From: an uncultured Chitinophagales bacterium
Lineage (GTDB): Bacteria; Bacteroidota; Bacteroidia; Chitinophagales; JAHDHT01
Length of the DNA stretch: 64,000 bases
NCBI GenBank assembly: GCA_938023075.1
Contig: CALHDG010000130.1
Coordinates: 1,195 to 65,194, forward strand
Direction: 5' to 3'
The notes under the pieces were generated by a model. The model was not told where the DNA came from, ran no database searches, and saw only the letters and a list, made by a program, of their open reading frames with translations. Position 1 is the stretch's first letter. Each line of letters opens with the position of its first letter. This document shows positions 1 to 9,479 of this stretch, piece after piece. The position numbers and the translations under genes were made by a program.

Positions 1-2
1 TT

Positions 3-3000
3 GAAATTATTGCAGAATGCGGAGCTTGTGTTGAAGGCAGTGCCGGCTTAGTAATAACCGAGTTAAGTTACGACCCATCAAGCGCACAAGGTGCCGATGG
101 TGATTGCGAATACATAGAACTCTTCAATTCATACAGCACACCTATTGTTATTGATATGAATACAACGGTTATGCTAAGCGGTGGAACTACCGTAGTTTTA
201 CCTGCAGGAACGGTCATCCAGCCCGGTGAATATATTATACTTACCGGACCTAACTTTGCGGGTTGCATGTTTACCAATCCACCACCAGCCGGTACTCAAA
301 TTATTGATGCTGGCGTAGCAGGTACCTTAGGTAACGGTGGTGAAGATGTAACCCTTACTTTAGCTTGTGCAGTTAACCCTGCAGCTGGTAATACGCAAAT
401 GGTTACTTGGAGCGATGGAACCACTCCGAATGCTGGTGGTGGCGGTCTGTCCGTATATTATCCTTTAGATGGAAGTGGTCCTTTAGAAGGCGAACCAACA
501 CCCGGTTCAGGAGATTGCGTGGCTTGTGCTAATACGCCCTATGTTTGTGATGCTGCGGAATGTACCTTAACACCTGATCCAGCAATAAATATTGTTTGTG
601 ATAATGCAGGCACACCAGATGACCCAAGTGATGATACCTATACTTTTGATGTATTGGTAAATGGTATGAATTCTGATATGGCAGCAAGTAATACCTTTAA
701 CGACGATCAAGGGAATGCGGGTATTGCTTACGGAACAACGGTTTCTTATGGTCCATTTCCAATTGCTGGTGGTGATATAACGGTTAATTATGTAGATGCG
801 GATGATCCGGATTGTATTAATATGATTATTGCTGCCGCTCCGGCAGCTTGCTCTTTCCCAACGGCTGAGTGCGGTGCTTGTGTTGAAGGTTCTGCCGGTT
901 TAGTAATTACAGAATTAAGTTATGATCCATCTGGTGCACAAGGTAATGATGGTGATTGTGAATACATAGAGCTCTTTAATTCTTACAGCACACCTATTGT
1001 TATTGATATGAATACAACGGTTATGCTAAGCGGTGGAACTACCGTTGTTTTGCCAGCCGGAACAACAATTGCACCCGGCGAATATATTATTTTAACCGGA
1101 CCTAATTTTAGTACAATGTGTACTTTTGCAAACCCTCCGCCAGCAGGCACTCAAATAATTGATGCCGGTGTTGCTGGTACTTTAGGCAATGGTGGTGAAG
1201 ATGTAACCATTACTTTAGCTTGTGCAATAGATGGCGCAGCAGGCAACATGCAAACCGTAACTTGGAGTGATGCAACTACTCCAAATGCAGGTGGTGGTGG
1301 TCAATCTGTATATTATCCTTTAGATGGAACAGGCCCTATTGAAGGTGCACCAACCCCAGGTTCAGGCGATTGTGTGGCCTGTGCCAATACACCGTACGAA
1401 TGTACAGATGTGGTTGGAGTGTGTTCCATCACGCCAGACCCTGCTATAAATATTGTTTGTGATGATAACGGAACACCTGGTGACCCAAGTGATGATACGT
1501 ATACTTTTGATGTGTTAGTAAATGGTATGAATACAGATGCCGCTGCTAGCAATACTTTTAACGATGATCAAGGTAATGCGGGCTTTGCTTACGGCACAAC
1601 GGTTTCTTATGGTCCATTTCCAATTGCCGGTGGAAATATTACCGTTACTTATACAGATGTGGATGATGCTATGTGTGCCAACACAGTTATCGCTGCAGCT
1701 CCGGCAACTTGTTCAACGGATGCCTGTGAAATTACTTCTGCAACAGTTAGTAATGTCGTTTGTAATGATGGCGGAACACCAGAAGATCCAAGTGATGATA
1801 CTTATACTTTTGATGTTACGGTAAATGGAAACAATCCCGCTGCAGGAGCAAGTAACACTTTTAATGATGATCAAGGAAATACAGGCATAGCCTATGGCAC
1901 ATCGGTATCTTATGGTCCTTTCCCAATAAGTGGCGGAGATATTACTGTTAATTATACAGATGCTGATGATATGACTTGTACCGCAGTGGCAACAGCACCG
2001 GCTCCTGCTCCATGTTCATCTCCCGTTTGCGATATTAGCAATGTAGTTTTTACACAAGCATGCACCGGCAATGGCGATGAATATGAATTATGTTTAAGTT
2101 TCGATTATGTGAATGCCGGTGCAACCGGACAATTTAATGTTTATTTAGATCCGGCGGGAACTTTGACTCCAACTACTATTGTTGCCGGTCCATTTAATTA
2201 TGCGGACTATGATGCAGCAATAATGGGTGGTGCAACTTGTTTCACATTGGCTGGTTACACAGGTGATGCAGCAGATTTAGAAGCTGGTTTAGAAGTTTGT
2301 GTAGGTGATGTTGATGCACCGGCTCCCGGTACTGGTTTGCCTCCTGGTTCAACACCACCACCTGCAGGAATACCAACTTTTGCTTGCCCTCAAATTTACG
2401 GGATATTACACAACGCCTGCGCACCTGTGGGTGGCGATGAAGGACCAAATGAATTTGTAGTTATTGTAAATGGTGCTGATCCTACTGATGTAAGTTCAAT
2501 TGTAGTAGATACGCCTTCTGGTAGTGATTATGACGATTTTAATACGGTTACACCACCAGCAAGTTGGACTTGCCCTTGTTGTGTTTATTTAGATGAAACA
2601 GGATCAGTTCCGGCTGGTGGCGTAATAGTAGCTACATCAGCTGCTAATGTTTCTACATTAGATTTCACCAGCTTATGTGCAACAGCAGGCACCATTTATG
2701 TTTTACAAGATGATGGAGTTGGCTCAACCGGACACTTTAGTAATAGTGGACCGCGCGCTACTTTATTAGACTTAACGGGAACGCCTTCTTGCGATGGCAT
2801 AACCAGTTACTCTTATACCAACGCCGATGGTAATGATGGTGATTACACCACATTTGCCGGACCAGATAACCCGGGTGTAACTACTGCAGGAAGCACTATT
2901 GGAACACCTGATTCTGGTAACATTGATTCTACCGGTGAATGTACTCCGCAAATTGCTCCGGCATCAGAGGTAGAATGTTTTGGCTGTGCTACTTTAGATG

Positions 3001-4916
3001 AAATGGCTTGTATGCAAATGGTCACTTGTCCGGTAGCTGCGCCGGTTAGCAATAACCAAACGCTTTGTTCAGGCGATGCTACAACAGCATTATCAGATTG
3101 GCAAGCCGCTGTTGATGCTGCGAATCCTTTAGATATGACACAAGACCCGGATGGCTTAGGTTCAATCTTATATTCATCTATACCTGATGATATGAGTGGC
3201 ACTTGGATGCCTGATGGCGATGTTTCAGGAATTACAGGCGTTCATAGCGGTGCGGACGTTTGTGTATTAGAAGATCAAATTGTATATGCTTATTTATTCT
3301 GTTCTGATGATAATACGTATCAAGAAATTGGTTTACTAACTCTAACGGTTTATCCATTAATTGAAGATGCAGTTGAATTGAATAATGATGGAACATGTTG
3401 CCCATCTGTAACAGTTGTTTGCCCAGGATACTTAGTTTCAAATACATATGATGCCAATGGTGCTATACCAGATTGTTCGGCGGAAACAAGTTCTGGAAGT
3501 ATTACTTTCACTATTGAATTACCGGTAGACCCAATTGGAGGGGCTTGTCTTTCATACGAAGTTTCAGGAGCTTATGATTGTAGTGTTCCCACATGCCAAA
3601 TAACTCCAGAAATGGCAACTAATATTGTTTGTAACGATAACGGCACACCAGGTGACCCAAGTGACGATACTTATACTTTTGACATCACAGTAAATGGCAG
3701 CAGTACTTTTCCAGGTGCAACCAATACCTTTAGTGACGATCAAGGCAATACAGGTATTGCTTACGGTACAACTGTTTCTTATGGCCCATTCCCAATTTCA
3801 GGTGGAGATGTAATGGTTAATTTTACTGATACCGAGCAGCAAGCGGATTGTGCAGGTATGATGATGGCTGCTGCCCCGGCTCCTTGTTCTGGAGCTATGT
3901 GTTCTATTACACCAGATATGGCAATCAATATTGTTTGTAACGATAATGGCACACCGGCTGATGCGAGTGATGATACTTATACTTTTGATATAACCGTAAA
4001 TGGAAATAACACTTTCCCTGGAGCAACCAATACCTTTAGCGACGATCAAGGAAATGCTGGTGTAGCTTATGGTACAACCGTTTCGTATGGACCTTTCCCA
4101 ATTGCTGGCGGAAATGTAGTAGTTAATTTTACCGATACAGAACAAGCGGATTGTACGGGTATGATGATGGCTGCAGTTCCGGCAATTTGCTCTGATCCAA
4201 TGAGTATGTGTTCTATAGTACCAGATATGGCTACCAACATAATTTGTAATGATAATGGCACACCGGCTGACCCAAGTGATGATACTTATACTTTTGATAT
4301 AACTGTAAACGGCAACAGTACTTTACCTGGTGCAACCAATACTTTTAATGATGATCAAGGCAATACTGGTATTGCTTATGGATCAACGGTTTCTTATGGT
4401 CCTTTTCCAATATCAGGCGGAAACGTTACCGTTGTATTTACAGATGCAGATGATGCTACTTGTGTAGGTATGATGATGGCTACTGCGCCGGCAACTTGTT
4501 CTAATGGTGTTTGTGAAGATGAAATTTCTGGAACCGTATTTGCTCCAGCCGGTTGCGATGTTAGTGGTATTGAAGTTACGGTATTTGATAATATGGGCAA
4601 TATAGTAGCTACTTTTATTACAGATGCCATGGGTGTGTATGATTCAAGCCCAACCACCTATCCATGTGGAAGCTACACGGTTGAATTAACTAATAACATT
4701 CCACAGTGTTATGAAGATGCTGATGGAGATACCGGACCAAAACCATTTGTTATTGATGGAGATGATAATAATACCGATACTGACGGACAAGACTTTATGC
4801 CGAGTGGCGTACCTACTTTATCACAATGGGGTTTAATTTGTTTGGCACTCTTACTAATGGTGTATGGGGCATTAATGATAGCTGCCAGAACTACTGCCTT
4901 TGAACAATACAAATGA
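3..4916 (+). CDS. 5'-truncated giant acidic Cys-rich surface protein with lamin-tail-like (LTD) modules, six ~100-aa repeats and a C-terminal IPTL-CTERM-type sorting signal
   Basis: The frame of ORF 156..4916 is open back to base 3 (EIIAECGACVEGSAGLVITELSYDP...), so the gene starts upstream of the window. LTD-like motif LVITELSYDP...EYIELFN occurs twice. The C-terminus VPTLSQWGLICLALLLMVYGALMIAAR is the IPTL motif + TM helix + basic residue. Confidence 0.85.
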   Translation, partial: EIIAECGACVEGSAGLVITELSYDPSSAQGADGDCEYIELFNSYSTPIVIDMNTTVMLSGGTTVVLPAGTVIQPGEYIILTGPNFAGCMFTNPPPAGTQIIDAGVAGTLGNGGEDVTLTLACAVNPAAGNTQMVTWSDGTTPNAGGGGLSVYYPLDGSGPLEGEPTPGSGDCVACANTPYVCDAAECTLTPDPAINIVCDNAGTPDDPSDDTYTFDVLVNGMNSDMAASNTFNDDQGNAGIAYGTTVSYGPFPIAGGDITVNYVDADDPDCINMIIAAAPAACSFPTAECGACVEGSAGLVITELSYDPSGAQGNDGDCEYIELFNSYSTPIVIDMNTTVMLSGGTTVVLPAGTTIAPGEYIILTGPNFSTMCTFANPPPAGTQIIDAGVAGTLGNGGEDVTITLACAIDGAAGNMQTVTWSDATTPNAGGGGQSVYYPLDGTGPIEGAPTPGSGDCVACANTPYECTDVVGVCSITPDPAINIVCDDNGTPGDPSDDTYTFDVLVNGMNTDAAASNTFNDDQGNAGFAYGTTVSYGPFPIAGGNITVTYTDVDDAMCANTVIAAAPATCSTDACEITSATVSNVVCNDGGTPEDPSDDTYTFDVTVNGNNPAAGASNTFNDDQGNTGIAYGTSVSYGPFPISGGDITVNYTDADDMTCTAVATAPAPAPCSSPVCDISNVVFTQACTGNGDEYELCLSFDYVNAGATGQFNVYLDPAGTLTPTTIVAGPFNYADYDAAIMGGATCFTLAGYTGDAADLEAGLEVCVGDVDAPAPGTGLPPGSTPPPAGIPTFACPQIYGILHNACAPVGGDEGPNEFVVIVNGADPTDVSSIVVDTPSGSDYDDFNTVTPPASWTCPCCVYLDETGSVPAGGVIVATSAANVSTLDFTSLCATAGTIYVLQDDGVGSTGHFSNSGPRATLLDLTGTPSCDGITSYSYTNADGNDGDYTTFAGPDNPGVTTAGSTIGTPDSGNIDSTGECTPQIAPASEVECFGCATLDEMACMQMVTCPVAAPVSNNQTLCSGDATTALSDWQAAVDAANPLDMTQDPDGLGSILYSSIPDDMSGTWMPDGDVSGITGVHSGADVCVLEDQIVYAYLFCSDDNTYQEIGLLTLTVYPLIEDAVELNNDGTCCPSVTVVCPGYLVSNTYDANGAIPDCSAETSSGSITFTIELPVDPIGGACLSYEVSGAYDCSVPTCQITPEMATNIVCNDNGTPGDPSDDTYTFDITVNGSSTFPGATNTFSDDQGNTGIAYGTTVSYGPFPISGGDVMVNFTDTEQQADCAGMMMAAAPAPCSGAMCSITPDMAINIVCNDNGTPADASDDTYTFDITVNGNNTFPGATNTFSDDQGNAGVAYGTTVSYGPFPIAGGNVVVNFTDTEQADCTGMMMAAVPAICSDPMSMCSIVPDMATNIICNDNGTPADPSDDTYTFDITVNGNSTLPGATNTFNDDQGNTGIAYGSTVSYGPFPISGGNVTVVFTDADDATCVGMMMATAPATCSNGVCEDEISGTVFAPAGCDVSGIEVTVFDNMGNIVATFITDAMGVYDSSPTTYPCGSYTVELTNNIPQCYEDADGDTGPKPFVIDGDDNNTDTDGQDFMPSGVPTLSQWGLICLALLLMVYGALMIAARTTAFEQYK
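561..4502 (+). repeat. Six intragenic ~295-bp/~98-aa repeats (approx. starts 561, 1422, 1725, 3594, 3900, 4209)
   Basis: Unit CxITP..A.NIVCxDNGTPxDPSDDTYTFD(V/I)xVNG...NTFxDDQGNxG(I/V/F)AYGTTVSYGPFPIxGG..TVxxTD...C....AxAPAxCS is visible six times in the translation. Confidence 0.9.
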
Positions 4917-4953
4917 TAATACATTTCAGTCATAATTGAAATTAAGCCTATCT

Positions 4954-7900
4954 TCAATTTTTTTGAAGATGGGTTTTTTTATTAAGCGTAAGTAGATTAA
5001 CATTAGTTGGAGAATTGTTCAAATTTTTTAAAATAGTAAAGTAGAAAGTGCTTCCCTTTCCAAAATCTGATTCAACCCATATTCTGCCGTTATATTTCTC
5101 AACGATCTTTTTGCATAATGCCAAGCCCACGCCGTTTCCCACTAATTTTGCATCGCTATGCAATCGATTAAATAGTTTAAATATCTTATCAAAGTATTGT
5201 TCTTCAATACCTATTCCATTATCCGACACATAAAATTTATAATATTGATTAGTTTTTATGCAACCAATTTTAACTATTGGGTACGGGTTGGTATTATATT
5301 GCATAGCATTATACAGTAAGTTCGAAAACAACAATTTTGCATCAGAATAGTTAAACAAAAATAAGGGCAAGGTTGATTCTACCTTAATTTCAACATTACG
5401 ATTGCTAATTAACTCTTTGTGCTTTAGTTTATATTCCTGAAGTAACTTTATGGTATTAATCCATTGCAATCTTTTATTATTGTTAATTTTAGTATGTTCA
5501 ATCAAATCATCAATAACTTGATACATTTTTATTATTCCAGATTCTATAAAATTATAAAACTCAACATCATTTTCATCAAATGTAGGTTTATGCTTTTTGT
5601 ACAATAAAGTTGAAAAGCTATTAATATTTCGAAGTGGTGTTTTCAAATCGTGCGAACAAACATTGGCGAAATCTACTAAATCTTGATTGGACTGTTTTAA
5701 CCGGGCGTTGGTTTGAGCAAGTTCATTAATTTTAGTTTGTAACATTTGGGTTTTTTCCTTAACCATTTTTTTAAGTATAGACTTTTCACGAAAATTAAAT
5801 ATAAAATAAAGGCAACCGATCAATCCAAAAAGGTATATAATTTTCATACCTCTACTTTCTACAAAGTGTGGCTTAATTTTAAAATCAATACTTTTAATTG
5901 GGTCAACACTGTCTTCATTTAGTGCTTTAATGCCTATTTCTAATTTATACGCACCTTTGTGTAAATTATGAAAAGTAAGTTCCGAATCCAGAACTTCCCA
6001 ATCTTGACTAATTCCATTTAATTGATAGACATAGCTATAATTTGGGTTTTGAGAATAGTTAAACAAGGCAAACTTAAATTTTAGGTTGTTTTCGTTATAG
6101 TTGAGGCTTTTCAGTTTAGTGGTATCTGTTTCAATTTTGTTTACAAGTACATGTTCAATTTTTATGTTTTTGTTTAGCTTTTCAATTTTTAAATCATTTT
6201 TTAATGATAGAAACTGATACCCATTTTGTCCTACTAAATGCACCCCACTGCTATCCACAATAAGGTCTTTAATATTATTATAAATTAATCCATTCCCTTT
6301 GTTAAAATTTTGAATTTGAATTTTTGATTGGATATCTGCAAAATTTTTGATAATACTCAATCCCTTATTTGTTCCTGCATATAAATTATGCTCAAAACTA
6401 TATAATGAATTTACAGTATTACTTATTAAATCATCGTTTACATTTATATTAATAAAATTGTGAGTAATAGTATTAATAATGAAAATGCCGTTACCAACTG
6501 AGGCGAGTGCAATAAAATGTTCATTTAATTGTATAATATCAACAAAGTTGGTAATAAACAAAGGATGAATATCATTAAAAAAAATAGTATCATTGTTTTC
6601 AATTTTAATTAAACCTTGTGCACTTACACTCAACCAATAATTGTTTTGATGGTCAATTAAAGATGTATATACTCTTTCATTTATTAAAATATTTTTTAAA
6701 CATGCCAGTTCTCGTAATTCAAACAGATCTTTAGCTATAAAATTGGAATTTAATATTTCATCATTATTTATTTCTACAGTAGCAAAAATCGTGTTTAATA
6801 AAATACGATCATCTTTAATAAAAATTTTCTTTGCAGTAACACTAACTTTATGTAGAAATTGATCATTTTGAAAAACAAAGTAACCCTTGTCAGTTGAAAA
6901 TAATACTGCATTTTTGTTTATTGGTGCGATATCAACAATGCGGTTGTTTTTATATTTACCAATTGAAGGTAAAGTATATATTAGCGTATCGGTAGAGCCA
7001 AATCGCGCAATTTTGTTTTCCCTACTCGCAACCCAAATTTCGCCATTATTTTTTTTAACAACATGCAATGGTTTGTTTTCTAAACCTTTCATGATAACAT
7101 TAACCGATTTTTTTTTAAAATATCCCGGATACAGGAAAAGACCATTATCAAATGAGCAAACCCATAAGTTGCTATCTTTATCAACAAATAAATTTGATAT
7201 CTTTCTATTAGTTAATTCCTTTTTTTGAGCGGTAATTTGATTCTTATCATCAAGCACTAAATGCGTAAAGCCATAAGATTCGTTTTTTAACACTAAACCA
7301 TCATCTACCTTTATTAACTTACTTTTGCCTTTCTTTATATTATCCAACATTTGATGGTGCTTTTTGTTTTTGATATTAAGTAGGTTAAGTGTGGAGCCGG
7401 TAATATAAAATAAGTTCGGATAATCAAAACAAAAACTGAGCCGATGATAATATTTTGAATCTTCTAATGTTTTAATTGGTATAGAGTCAACAATAGTTTC
7501 TTGATGTGTAAAAAGTAAATGATTATTCATGTACATAAGGCAGGTGTCATTAAATACATCAACTAACTGTACAGCTAAGTTTTTTTGTTTTGTAAGATTA
7601 TGTTGTATAAATTTATTTTTATCTTTATTAATAAGATAAAGTTTGTTTTTGGAACTTATCCAGGTATTACCCTGGCTGTTTACCAAAGTTTCAAAATTCC
7701 AACTAATATCATTTAAAGTATTTGGTACGGTAAAAAATTTACCATTTCTAAAATAACTAAAGGGACCCGATAGATTTAACCAAACGTTACCATATCCATC
7801 GTCTTTTAATGCTACTACTTCGTTTCTTGGCAAACCATTTTCAATATTTAAATTTGAAAATTCGCTGCCATTAAAACGACTTAGCCCGGCTTCTGTAGCT

Positions 7901-8061
7901 ATCCATAAGTAACCTTCGCTATCTTGTTCTACATCAAAAATGTTCTCTGATGGCAAGCCATTATCTAAACCATAATGAATAAAGGCACTTTCTGGTGAAC
8001 TGTAAAGACTAAATGGTAATATGACAAGCAAAACGATTGTGAACTGTTTTACTATGTTCAT
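4954..8061 (-). CDS. Sensor histidine kinase with periplasmic beta-propeller and Y_Y_Y-like domain
   Basis: Signal peptide; GLPSENIFDVEQDSEGYLWIATEAGLSRFNG propeller repeats; YSYVYQLNG; TM helix; H-box SHDLKTPL; N/G boxes NAMQY, DNGIGI, GNGVGLALCKKIV. Confidence 0.9.
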   Translation of the reverse strand: MNIVKQFTIVLLVILPFSLYSSPESAFIHYGLDNGLPSENIFDVEQDSEGYLWIATEAGLSRFNGSEFSNLNIENGLPRNEVVALKDDGYGNVWLNLSGPFSYFRNGKFFTVPNTLNDISWNFETLVNSQGNTWISSKNKLYLINKDKNKFIQHNLTKQKNLAVQLVDVFNDTCLMYMNNHLLFTHQETIVDSIPIKTLEDSKYYHRLSFCFDYPNLFYITGSTLNLLNIKNKKHHQMLDNIKKGKSKLIKVDDGLVLKNESYGFTHLVLDDKNQITAQKKELTNRKISNLFVDKDSNLWVCSFDNGLFLYPGYFKKKSVNVIMKGLENKPLHVVKKNNGEIWVASRENKIARFGSTDTLIYTLPSIGKYKNNRIVDIAPINKNAVLFSTDKGYFVFQNDQFLHKVSVTAKKIFIKDDRILLNTIFATVEINNDEILNSNFIAKDLFELRELACLKNILINERVYTSLIDHQNNYWLSVSAQGLIKIENNDTIFFNDIHPLFITNFVDIIQLNEHFIALASVGNGIFIINTITHNFININVNDDLISNTVNSLYSFEHNLYAGTNKGLSIIKNFADIQSKIQIQNFNKGNGLIYNNIKDLIVDSSGVHLVGQNGYQFLSLKNDLKIEKLNKNIKIEHVLVNKIETDTTKLKSLNYNENNLKFKFALFNYSQNPNYSYVYQLNGISQDWEVLDSELTFHNLHKGAYKLEIGIKALNEDSVDPIKSIDFKIKPHFVESRGMKIIYLFGLIGCLYFIFNFREKSILKKMVKEKTQMLQTKINELAQTNARLKQSNQDLVDFANVCSHDLKTPLRNINSFSTLLYKKHKPTFDENDVEFYNFIESGIIKMYQVIDDLIEHTKINNNKRLQWINTIKLLQEYKLKHKELISNRNVEIKVESTLPLFLFNYSDAKLLFSNLLYNAMQYNTNPYPIVKIGCIKTNQYYKFYVSDNGIGIEEQYFDKIFKLFNRLHSDAKLVGNGVGLALCKKIVEKYNGRIWVESDFGKGSTFYFTILKNLNNSPTNVNLLTLNKKTHLQKN

Positions 8062-8190
8062 CAGTTGATATACGTAAATGAGGAGAATAGGTTTGCATTT
8101 TATACATAAATGTAAGGTTTAATACATTTATGGTTGTTTTTGCTGTGGTTCCATTTGTTTTGCAAGTGTAACAACCTTAATTATAAATAC

Positions 8191-8354
8191 ACTAAGTAGT
8201 CAGTCAAGCTCATACTATCGGTTACTTTGGCAAAATTAGAATGATTACTTCGTTGGAGAACAGAGCTTAGGCTATGCTTGACAAGCTCCGCCTCCTACTC
8301 GTCCGAATTTTACTTAAATTAATCCGACACCATGAACTTGACTAATTACTAAGT
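8191..8354. mobile_element. 164-bp long imperfect palindrome / MITE-like element
   Basis: Ends ACTAAGTAGTCAGTCAAG and CTTGACTAATTACTAAGT are imperfect inverted repeats; imperfect pairing continues about 45 nt inward. Confidence 0.55.
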
Positions 8355-8450
8355 AAAAAAAGTAAAAGTGCTTGTATCTTTACATTTTTATGAATGTATT
8401 TAGACTATTTATTGTTAGAAAATAGATTTTTCTTTAAGCCAACACTTCTT

Positions 8451-8458
8451 TACTTTTG
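8451..8458 (+). promoter_or_regulatory. Bacteroidota primary-sigma -7 element (TAnnTTTG)
   Basis: TACTTTTG ends 7 nt before ATG 8466. Confidence 0.55.
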
Positions 8459-8465
8459 CATCCAT

Positions 8466-9446
8466 ATGTACTACAACAATATTTTGGAAACTATTGGAAA
8501 CACCCCATTGGTAAAAATAAATAAAATTACAAAAGACATACCGGGTACTTTTCTAGCCAAATTAGATTTTTTCAATCCAGGTAACAGCATTAAAGATCGC
8601 ATTGCGGTTAAACTAATTGCTGATGCTGAAGCAAAAGGCTTGCTTAAACCGGGCGGAACTATAGTTGAAGGAACCAGCGGAAATACCGGTATGGGCTTGG
8701 CATTAGTGGCTATTGCCAAGGGTTATAAATGTATTTTCACTACTACTGATAAGCAATCCAAAGAAAAAATGGATATTTTAAAGGCAGTTGGTGCAGAGGT
8801 AATTGTATGCCCTACCAACGTGACGCCTGATGATCCACGCTCTTATTACTCGGTCGCTAAAAAGTTGGGAGAAGAAACCCAGAATGCCTTTTATGTGAAC
8901 CAATATGAAAACCTGTCTAACCGGCAAGCGCACTACGAATCTACCGGACCAGAACTTTGGAAACAAACCGAGGGTAAAATAACTCACTTAATTGTTGGTG
9001 TTGGTACTGGTGGTACCATTTCTGGCACCGGGCAATATCTGAAAGAACAAAACCCCAATATTCAAATTATTGGGGTGGATACGTATGGTTCTGCTTTAAA
9101 AAAGTACCACGAAACCGGCAAGTTTGACGAAGATGAAGTTTATCCATATGTTACGGAAGGCATTGGCGAAGATATTATTCCTGCCAACATTAATTTCGAC
9201 ATCATTGACGAGTTTGTAAAAGTAAGTGATAAAGATGGTGCAATTTTTACCAGACGTTTGGCTAAAGAAGAAGGCATGTTTATTGGCAATTCTGGTGGAT
9301 CAGCCATGAGTGCCTGTATACAGCTAAAAGATCTCTTTAAACCAGAAGATTTGGTAGTACTAATTTTTCACGATCACGGAAGCCGTTATATCGGTAAAAT
9401 GTATAATGATGATTGGATGCGAGAATTAGGATGGTTAGAGGATTGA
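8466..9446 (+). CDS. PLP-dependent cysteine synthase / cystathionine beta-synthase family protein
   Basis: IGNTPLV, NPGNSIKDR (PLP lysine), EGTSGNTGMGL, GVGTGGT. Start moved from 8394 to 8466 (MYYNNILETIGN) because of the -7 promoter element. Confidence 0.92.
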   Translation: MYYNNILETIGNTPLVKINKITKDIPGTFLAKLDFFNPGNSIKDRIAVKLIADAEAKGLLKPGGTIVEGTSGNTGMGLALVAIAKGYKCIFTTTDKQSKEKMDILKAVGAEVIVCPTNVTPDDPRSYYSVAKKLGEETQNAFYVNQYENLSNRQAHYESTGPELWKQTEGKITHLIVGVGTGGTISGTGQYLKEQNPNIQIIGVDTYGSALKKYHETGKFDEDEVYPYVTEGIGEDIIPANINFDIIDEFVKVSDKDGAIFTRRLAKEEGMFIGNSGGSAMSACIQLKDLFKPEDLVVLIFHDHGSRYIGKMYNDDWMRELGWLED

Positions 9447-9479
9447 TAGTTGCTGTAGTATAATAATAGTAAACAACAG

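Noticed and set aside
1-4502. Long repeats in the giant gene as a diversity-generating retroelement or CRISPR
   Set aside because: The repeats are in-frame protein domains with largely synonymous differences at all bases; there is no reverse transcriptase, no spacer pattern and no cas gene.
68-4957. Many short antisense/alternate-frame ORFs (e.g. 1313..1552, 2843..3202, 4394..4657)
   Set aside because: Shadows of the real gene with no motifs; the same applies to similar nested ORFs throughout the track.
8394-8465. Longer start for the cysteine synthase-family gene
   Set aside because: The extension overlaps a TAnnTTTG promoter element and family similarity begins at ATG 8466.
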